Shown here in pieces: positions 6,999 through 13,192 of a stretch of DNA of 13,192 nt. Within the stretch, counting starts at the first letter, position 1. The number at the start of each line of letters is the position of its first letter. A program made the position numbers and the translations under genes. The stretch comes from Nitrosopumilales archaeon (lineage in GTDB: Archaea; Thermoproteota; Nitrososphaeria; Nitrososphaerales; Nitrososphaeraceae): contig JBIQJB010000042.1 in NCBI GenBank assembly GCA_044507735.1, positions 1 through 13,192 on the forward strand. The letters run 5' to 3'. Under the pieces are notes generated by a model. It worked only from the letters and a program-made list of their open reading frames with translations, made no database searches and had not been told where the DNA came from.

Positions 6999-7715
6999 TT
7001 ATTCCTGTTGCTGCTCGATGTATGTCATCTTGACGTCGTCTGAGTCTTCTAACTGTTCCAACACAATTTTTCCCTTCATTGCAAGATACAGCATGGCGAT
7101 AAAATACCTTGCAACTTCAACAGGCTCAGCTTTCGCAACAAGGGCCTTGAACATCAGAACCCTATCCGCGCTCAAGATGTCCATTATCATGTCCTCATAC
7201 TGCTGGATTATCTGCTCAAACTTTACAAGATACTGGTCAAAATCAAAGCTCTGAACCGGTTGAAGCTCTACTTGCTTTTTCCGGGGCCTAGGGTGTGCGA
7301 GCTCCATTATCATATTCTCAAGCATACGCAGCAAATCCTCAACCGACACGGGATATGTGGACTCAATCCTAAAGGGTAGGTCCACAGGGTTGAGCTGTGG
7401 TATCGGCTGCTGCTCGGCAGGATCGTTGATACCCCTCTTCTGCATGGCAATTTTTTCAAGCGCAAAGATGCTTTCGACTTTGAGCCGGTATATCATCGAA
7501 GACGAGACCGCCGCAATGCCGCAAATGCGAAGATCCTTATTGCCTGTAGCGTTGATGAGCCGGAGGAACATTTCAAGCAAGAGAGCCACATCGATATTCC
7601 AGACATCTTTTCGGACAAGCAAAGATGGGTTGAAGAGGAGATTCAGTGGTGGTTGGGCTATCGACTTTTTGGTGTCGGGTTCTTCCCCTTTTTGCCCTTG
7701 ATTTATCTCATCCAA
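6999..7715 (-). CDS. scpA: Segregation and condensation protein A (kleisin)
   Basis: DVWNIDVALLLEMF...DLRICG...IYRLKVE (kleisin N-terminus) and YFIAMLYLAMKGKIVLEQ (C-terminal winged helix), upstream of scpB. TTG 7715 is chosen from the TATA at ~7748-7756; 7733 is the alternative. Confidence 0.85.
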   Translation of the reverse strand: MDEINQGQKGEEPDTKKSIAQPPLNLLFNPSLLVRKDVWNIDVALLLEMFLRLINATGNKDLRICGIAAVSSSMIYRLKVESIFALEKIAMQKRGINDPAEQQPIPQLNPVDLPFRIESTYPVSVEDLLRMLENMIMELAHPRPRKKQVELQPVQSFDFDQYLVKFEQIIQQYEDMIMDILSADRVLMFKALVAKAEPVEVARYFIAMLYLAMKGKIVLEQLEDSDDVKMTYIEQQQE

Positions 7716-7949
7716 CCCTCGATTCCATCTCAATTCACCCGCTCGTCATATAATACTTGTTTGTAAAGTAAATTTACCATACAGCTCGATTATTCAATTC
7801 CAGAGCTTTGCCTGCAGATTGGTGTGTTTAGGTGAATATCAAACTTGCTAACCCCATGAAGTGCTTCCAATGTTTGACATACTCTCTGCTGACATCTTTC
7901 TTCCTTTCTGTCTTCACGAATGCACCCACTCAAACATAACTCATCATAG

Positions 7950-8195
7950 ATGGAATATTCCCTAGAAGATGCTTTTGCAACCATTAAATCGCATGGCAGT
8001 CAAACAAGACAGGTGGCATCTAGAAACCTTCCATGCGGATGCGTTATGCAGTGGGATGAGGACGAAACTACGATAGCATTTTGCAGCCGCCATACTGTTG
8101 ACTACATACGATGGGAAGGGAGTGACAGAGAGTTTATCAAGATAATAGCCACTCCCGGTAAGCCCGATAGAAAGGCTCTTGAAGAGCTCCAGTGA
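7950..8195 (+). CDS. Hypothetical 81-aa protein with CGC...CxxH putative metal site
   Basis: ATG start, LPCGC and FCSRH motifs, and a T-rich tract right after the stop. Confidence 0.6.
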   Translation: MEYSLEDAFATIKSHGSQTRQVASRNLPCGCVMQWDEDETTIAFCSRHTVDYIRWEGSDREFIKIIATPGKPDRKALEELQ

Positions 8196-8202
8196 AGAAA
8201 GC

Positions 8203-8219
8203 ATTTATTTTGTTCTTTT
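8203..8219 (+). terminator. Oligo-T archaeal terminator-like tract
   Basis: TTTATTTTGTTCTTTT immediately after the 8195 stop. It could also serve as promoter DNA for the 8250 gene. Confidence 0.35.
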
Positions 8220-8249
8220 GTCCTACGAACAACTGGCACAGACATTCGA

Positions 8250-8729
8250 ATGCCCAAGAAGAAGCGTTCAAGCCGAGTAGTCACTATTGGCGGCATCGCA
8301 GCAATTACCGCGCTCGTAGGATTTATGATACTCCTGCAAGTAGATGCCGCTAGGAACAATGACTACAAGCGTGCCTTTGAACAGGTGATCATTGACGTCA
8401 ACTCCCTGACTCGAGAATACCAGAACGAGGAAGGCAAATGGCGTGCAAGAGAGTACGACAACGCAACAATGATCTCTATCATTGACCAGTACTTGCCGCA
8501 GTACCAAGCGCTGATAGACAGAGCCAACACGCTAGACACACCAGAGCGCTACAAGACAGCTCAAGAGTACCTTGTCAGCGCAATCGAGTCAGAGATGCAG
8601 AGCAACAAGCACTTCCGCAACTATCTTGCGACTGGCGACCAAAGTGAATATGAAAAGTCATCTGCGATGCTCACCAAGTCACTTGCAGATAGCGCAAGAG
8701 CGGATGCGGCAATAAAAGAGGCGGGCTAG
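8250..8729 (+). CDS. Membrane-anchored or exported helical protein of unknown function
   Basis: Basic N-terminus (MPKKKRSSR), hydrophobic helix (VVTIGGIAAITALVGFMILL) and an amphipathic helical remainder. Confidence 0.8.
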   Translation: MPKKKRSSRVVTIGGIAAITALVGFMILLQVDAARNNDYKRAFEQVIIDVNSLTREYQNEEGKWRAREYDNATMISIIDQYLPQYQALIDRANTLDTPERYKTAQEYLVSAIESEMQSNKHFRNYLATGDQSEYEKSSAMLTKSLADSARADAAIKEAG

Positions 8730-8737
8730 CTACTAGG

Positions 8738-8747
8738 TTTTAATTAA
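8738..8747 (+). promoter_or_regulatory. TATA box of the tRNA gene
   Basis: TTTTAATTAA 24-33 nt upstream of the mature tRNA 5' end. Confidence 0.6.
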
Positions 8748-8770
8748 GGTCTGCGAAATGTCGTTATGCG

Positions 8771-8845
8771 GGGCCCATAGTTCAGCTTGGATAGAATGGC
8801 TGCCTGCGGAGCAGTTGGTCGAGGGTTCGAGTCCCTCTGGGCCCG
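8771..8845 (+). tRNA. tRNA-Arg, anticodon GCG, intronless, CCA not encoded
   Basis: Acceptor GGGCCCA/TGGGCCC plus G discriminator, D arm GTTC/GAAT, anticodon stem GCTGC/GCAGT with loop CT-GCG-GA (8806-8808), T arm GAGGG-TTCGAGT-CCCTC. Confidence 0.97.
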
Positions 8846-9100
8846 CTTTACCTCACACACGGCAGCGATTAATGCAGTAATCGCATATGGTTCTTGTGCT
8901 GTGTTAGTTTGCAGTTATCCTGGATCATTTCTTCCGTAGCAGGGATACAGATATTCATCCACGATAGCATCGTGGTTGTGTGGTAGTCGTTTGGAATATA
9001 GGCTCCCGGGACAGCCGACAGGCATTTTGTCATTCCCCTACAAAATAGATAGTCAAATTTCTTAAATATGCTCGTGATTCTTACCCATGAAAGAGCGGCT

Positions 9101-10507
9101 ATGGATAGACCGCACGAGAAGATAGAGAGTTTGTTCTTATCTGAAGGCGACTTTGCTATTGCTACCGATCTTTATCAACTCACGATGGCTGCCGTCTACT
9201 TTGAATCGCACCAGACTGATCGTATAGGGGTTTTTGAAGCATTTGTGAGAAAACTGCCCAAGAACCGCTCGTATTTGGTTGCCGCCGGTCTAGAACAGGC
9301 GATACATTACCTCCTTAATATGAGGTTCACCGAAGAGCAGATCAGCTATCTGAAATCAACTGATACATTCAGTCATGTTGGAGAAGATTTCTTTGAATAC
9401 TTGAGGAATTTCAGATTCACGGGTGATGTTTGGGCAGTTCCGGAGGGCACAGTCCTTTTTCCAAACGAGCCCATAATCAGGGTGGAGGCCCCGATCATTG
9501 AATCGCAGATAGCTGAGACCTTTCTTCTATCGATTATCAATTTTGAAAGCCTGATCGCGGCAAAGGCATCTCGCATCGCATATGCCGCGGGAAACAAGAA
9601 AGTCGTGGAGTTTGGCACCAGGCGCGCGCATGGTCCGCAGGCCGCGCTTCTGGCGGCCAGGGCCAGCTGCATAGGCGGCTGTGCGGGAACATCCAATACG
9701 CTTGCTGGTTACAAGCTCGGAATACCGGTGTATGGAACGATGGCCCACTCCTTTGTCATGAATTATGACAACGAAATCGACTCATTCAAGGAATTCAACA
9801 AGGTATTTCCTAACGGCTTACTTCTAGTTGATACATACGACACACTCAATGCTGTTCGAAAGATTGTAAGAAATGGACTCAGGGCAACTGGAATAAGGAT
9901 TGATAGTGGCGACCTTCATGAGCTCAGTGTCAGGTCAAGGGAGATCCTTGATGATGCAGGCTACAAAGATGCGATCATTATGGCAAGCGGAGACCTGAAT
10001 GAATATATCATAAGCGATTTGCTGAAAAGAAATGCCCGAATCGACGTCTTTGGGGTCGGAACAGAGCTTGCGACTTCGCGGGACGATCCTGCAATGAACG
10101 GCGTCTACAAGCTGGTCGCAATAAGAATTCCCTCAAAAGAAACGGGAAAGCTTGACAAGATGCTCTATAAAATGAAGACGAGCCCGGGTAAGAGGAATTA
10201 CCCCGGGCCAAAGCAGGTGTGCCGCACAATTAGTGAGGGAATCATCAAGACTGATCTGATTGCCCTAGAAAGCGAGCGGCCCCCGGAACACTCAATCCAA
10301 CTGCTAACGAAATACATGACGAAAGGTACTCTTGAACGCAAATTACCTTCATTAGAAGAAATCAGGAAATACCACCAGGATCAAATGACGATACTTCCGA
10401 GCGAATTCAAAAGACTGGACATTACCGCTGAGAAATTTCCAGTTGTGTTCAGCGATACCCTGGAAACGTTAGCAAGGAGCCTATCGTTAAGAAGTGAATC
10501 CGGATAA
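9101..10507 (+). CDS. pncB: Nicotinate phosphoribosyltransferase
   Basis: TDLYQLTM, FVRKLPKNR, EFGTRRAHG, GTSN, GTMAHS (phospho-His), LVDTYD, GIRIDSGDL, ASGDLNE, FGVGT and GVYKLV. ATG 9101 is preferred because a TATA-like element lies at ~9060-9069; 9068 is the alternative. Confidence 0.95.
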   Translation: MDRPHEKIESLFLSEGDFAIATDLYQLTMAAVYFESHQTDRIGVFEAFVRKLPKNRSYLVAAGLEQAIHYLLNMRFTEEQISYLKSTDTFSHVGEDFFEYLRNFRFTGDVWAVPEGTVLFPNEPIIRVEAPIIESQIAETFLLSIINFESLIAAKASRIAYAAGNKKVVEFGTRRAHGPQAALLAARASCIGGCAGTSNTLAGYKLGIPVYGTMAHSFVMNYDNEIDSFKEFNKVFPNGLLLVDTYDTLNAVRKIVRNGLRATGIRIDSGDLHELSVRSREILDDAGYKDAIIMASGDLNEYIISDLLKRNARIDVFGVGTELATSRDDPAMNGVYKLVAIRIPSKETGKLDKMLYKMKTSPGKRNYPGPKQVCRTISEGIIKTDLIALESERPPEHSIQLLTKYMTKGTLERKLPSLEEIRKYHQDQMTILPSEFKRLDITAEKFPVVFSDTLETLARSLSLRSESG

Positions 10508-10549
10508 TACTTATTATTATGGAAAAAACAAAATCAACTCTGCTGACCG

Positions 10550-11149
10550 ATGGCAAAGAAAACAAGAAGCGAGTCTGACACCAACAAAGAGGCTAGGTAT
10601 GCGATCTTGGTGGTAGACATGCTTAACGATTTTGTCCACGGCAAGATGAAATGCGAGAGAGCCAAGAAAATAGTTCCAAACTTAAGACTACTTCTCGACA
10701 CCGCCAGGAAGAATAGGATCCCAATATTCTATTGCAACGATGAACACCTGCCGACAGACACTTATGAAATGAGACTCTGGGGCCCGCATGCCATGAAAGG
10801 AACAGAAGGGGCCAAGGTGATAGACGAATTGAGACCGCATGACTCAGACTATGTCATACCTAAGAGGACATACAGCGCGTTTGATGGTACGGGGCTGGAC
10901 AAGGCGCTGAAGCGTGTCTATGGCGGCATGGGCGCAAACACCATCATAATCACAGGGATACACACCAACATATGCGATAGGCATACAGCCTATGATGCAT
11001 TTGTCAGGGGTTTGGACATCATTGTTCCAGAAGACGGCGTGGACGCGCTAACCGAGGAAGACCACATCTCAGGTCTAGATTACATGAAGCGCATGTATGG
11101 CACAAAGATCAAGAAGATTTCTGACGTCATGAATGCGATTAGCAGTTAG
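10550..11149 (+). CDS. pncA: Isochorismatase-family cysteine hydrolase, probable nicotinamidase
   Basis: Catalytic triad in VVDMLNDF (D), PKRTYSAF (K) and GIHTNIC (C), with metal-ligand pattern DEH...E...WGPH. Adjacency to pncB supports nicotinamidase activity. Confidence 0.85.
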   Translation: MAKKTRSESDTNKEARYAILVVDMLNDFVHGKMKCERAKKIVPNLRLLLDTARKNRIPIFYCNDEHLPTDTYEMRLWGPHAMKGTEGAKVIDELRPHDSDYVIPKRTYSAFDGTGLDKALKRVYGGMGANTIIITGIHTNICDRHTAYDAFVRGLDIIVPEDGVDALTEEDHISGLDYMKRMYGTKIKKISDVMNAISS

Positions 11150-11178
11150 ACGGATAGTCGCGCTACTCAGTAGCAGCA

Positions 11179-11320
11179 TTAATCTCTTGACCAACACCAG
11201 GGTGGGACACCAGCCGCCTCGTAGTCGGCCTCTGATGGTACTTCCAGCGCTGCTATTCTCCGATTCCCCTCAGTTGAGATATAATTTTCCCCTTGGCTCT
11301 TCAATAACCCAAACCGCAAT
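11179..11320 (-). pseudogene. Possible frameshifted remnant of a ParB/Srx-like N-terminal domain gene
   Basis: One frame reads IAVWVIEEPRGK (to 11285). After one extra base, the next frame reads YISTEGNRRIAALEV, matching the ParB/Srx Y-x3-EGNRRxAAL motif. Confidence 0.4.
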
Positions 11321-11472
11321 TTGATTTTGAGCACTGGTTGGGGAATCGCTCTCTTTGTAGGATACTGCTTTGTCGCATCGATATATTGTTGAGAGAGTAT
11401 TTATCGAGTGGGTCTTCACTGAATTGCAATGCATTCTTGCTGCTTTTAAGAAATGTGGCTATAACATGGTTA

Positions 11473-11931
11473 ATGGCTCAAAAAATTTCCAAGATAGTTG
11501 TCCCTATTGACGGTTCAAAGAAATCTATGGAAGCGGCAGAATATGCGGTGAATATGGCCGAAAGATATGGATCTGAAGTGAGCGTGGTTCATGTCGTAAG
11601 CATCGACCAGTACCTTCAATCACTGGGACTTTACAGGTTATCCTACCCCGATCCAATAAAGAAGAAGATCGAGAGAGCCAAAGAACAGGCCCAAAAGTGG
11701 TTCACCAAGATAATCACCGACGCTGAACAGAGAAAGGTGCGTGTTAAGGCCGATGTAATAGATTCTCCTCTGTCCGCAGTGGCAGCAATTGTGAATTATG
11801 CGGATCGAGAGAAGGCTGACTTGATTGTAATTGGAACTAGGGGGAGATCGGGCATAAGCAAAATGCTGCTTGGCAGTGTGGCCTCGGGCGTTGTAACATA
11901 TGCGCCATGCCCCGTACTGGTGGTGAGATGA
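11473..11931 (+). CDS. Universal stress protein (UspA family, single domain)
   Basis: KIVVPIDGS...ADLIVIGTRGRSGISKMLLGSVASGVVTYAPCPVLVVR, including the G-2x-G-9x-GS ATP-binding motif. Start reassigned from 11338 to ATG 11473, with TTTTAA at 11444-11449. Confidence 0.95.
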   Translation: MAQKISKIVVPIDGSKKSMEAAEYAVNMAERYGSEVSVVHVVSIDQYLQSLGLYRLSYPDPIKKKIERAKEQAQKWFTKIITDAEQRKVRVKADVIDSPLSAVAAIVNYADREKADLIVIGTRGRSGISKMLLGSVASGVVTYAPCPVLVVR

Positions 11932-12465
11932 ACACCAATGACATTTTCCAATACTTGGAATTAGCGAATAGCAGCAAATTCCGACTGTTGAAAAAAAGCA
12001 CCAGAGTTCCAAACCACTTGAAAAAGAATTGATATCTTCGGCGCGGGCTTTCTCCCATGAAATTTCAACCACACCAATGCAAAGAAAACGAGTCTGTTGG
12101 CATGTATAGCGAACTGTGAGTGGAACACTTCTTTGGAGGCTCATGCTTTCAATGTACAATTCATCATTTCAGACACGATCAAGATCCGGCTCGCGCTTTA
12201 CATGCTCCCGCAATAGATCAAGACTCTGTCATTTTGCAAGGGGTCAAGACATCTCTCCCGTCTTTGAACGCAATTAAGTATGTAAAGGCGCAGCTTCCGA
12301 TGCATACCCAAATAGTTACAGGAGGGTAGCAGATTAGCTAAAGGAAGGAGTATTCCTCCATCCCCCAACTTTCAACCAAGTCAAGTTCCTGGCGCCTTCT
12401 TGCGGCGTGAATACAAGAGCGCAAAAAGCTATGAAAGAATCACAATATCATCGGTAAAATCTTCT

Positions 12466-12529
12466 GATTTGCTGGCTAGAGGCTCATAGTTGACCAGCAA
12501 ATCTATTTAAGAAGTGACAATATTCTTAA
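12466..12529 (+). promoter_or_regulatory. Promoter of the 12540 gene with two inverted repeats
   Basis: TATTTAAG at 12504-12511, IR GATTTGCTGG/CCAGCAAATC (12466-12475/12494-12503) and IR TTAAGAA-N9-TTCTTAA (12507-12529). Confidence 0.5.
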
Positions 12530-12539
12530 CACAAAAGAA

Positions 12540-12926
12540 ATGGCTAAGGCATCACGACGTATCAAGACGCTCACCATCAACAAGAGCAAGGACATAGTAG
12601 TTGACAGACTACTGAAACACTGCCAAGACGGTGTCCACCAAAAGTGCACAGGCTGGGCCGTTCTGAAAAAAGAGATCTCTCCGATTGATGCAAACTATTT
12701 CCTTAAATGCACCTGTTCATGCCATCGTAAGAAGGAGGCGAAGAAACAGACCAAGCCAAAGAATACATCTGTTGTCGCCAGGAAGGTGGCAGTGGCAAAG
12801 ACGAAGGCGAAAAAGGAAAAGAAGAAGTTAAGGGTAAAGGCGAAAGGCAAGCCAAAGCGTAAGCAGAAGCAGGCCACCAAGAAAGCCAGCAAGAAGAAGG
12901 GTAGAAAAACAACCAGAAGACACTGA
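12540..12926 (+). CDS. Cys/His Zn-binding domain fused to a histone-H1-like Lys-rich tail
   Basis: C28-x4-H-x2-C36...C57-x-C-x-C-H62, then 66 residues containing 26 Lys and 7 Arg. ATG start with a TATA ~30 nt upstream. Confidence 0.85.
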   Translation: MAKASRRIKTLTINKSKDIVVDRLLKHCQDGVHQKCTGWAVLKKEISPIDANYFLKCTCSCHRKKEAKKQTKPKNTSVVARKVAVAKTKAKKEKKKLRVKAKGKPKRKQKQATKKASKKKGRKTTRRH

Positions 12927-12975
12927 AGAATTGCATTGGCTGTTATCGTGTGAGAGACGTGTGCATTACACGTGG

Positions 12976-13083
12976 CTAGTGTCTTGTCGCGATGTGTATC
13001 GCCAATAGCAATTTTTCGAGTTGTTTCTTGCAAACCAGGCAAGCGCACACGACTCGCTTGTCCCTAACACGCCAAATGTGCAT
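12976..13083 (-). CDS. 35-aa C2H2-like zinc-finger microprotein, possibly 5'-frameshifted
   Basis: Manual translation MHIWRVRDKRVVCACLVCKKQLEKLLLAIHIATRH* gives C-x2-C-x11-H-x4-H. It is convergent with the 12540 gene. Confidence 0.45.
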   Translation of the reverse strand: MHIWRVRDKRVVCACLVCKKQLEKLLLAIHIATRH

Positions 13084-13192
13084 CACTCCAGGACAATCGC
13101 GTATTGGAACACTCTGTCAGGCCCGACTCGACGGTCTTTAAGGAAAAAGAACTTTTGGAAATTGCAATAATGATTTTTCATGGTATACTAGG

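Noticed and set aside
7790-7984. 64-aa Cys-containing - strand ORF and an ATGATGA C-box at ~7941-7947
   Set aside because: There is no coherent ligand pattern, it overlaps the 7950 start, and no D box lies at a suitable distance.
1826-12936. Numerous antisense ORFs inside apgM, tfb, gar1, rps8e, scpAB, pncB, usp and the Lys-rich gene
   Set aside because: These are shadow frames of well-supported genes. The Phe/Leu-rich 12695 and 12703 ORFs simply mirror Lys codons.
8821-13192. attL/attR duplicate of the tRNA 3' end, integrase, IS or CRISPR repeats
   Set aside because: No second copy of the tRNA sequence, recombinase/transposase motif or regularly spaced repeat was found within the window.

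Overview
Archaeal genomic DNA, most consistent with a Nitrososphaerota (Thaumarchaeota, Nitrososphaera-like) chromosome. This is inferred from gene content, TATA-box/leaderless architecture and many small Cys/His proteins. The left two-thirds is mostly housekeeping: galT (cut by the window edge), apgM, the minus-strand block scpA-scpB-rps8e-(gap)-srp19-gar1-tfb, and tRNA-Arg(GCG). After the tRNA lies an accessory-looking block: pncB-pncA (NAD+ salvage), a probable frameshifted ParB/Srx-motif remnant, a universal stress protein, and a Zn-binding protein with a histone-H1-like Lys-rich tail. Manual reading found four microproteins below the ORF-track cutoff (two Zn-finger, two membrane). It also found a ~520-nt non-coding stretch between srp19 and rps8e with several long, partly mutually exclusive helices, the best candidate for an undescribed element. 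No CRISPR array, transposase or integrase was seen. All structure and motif calls were made by eye.
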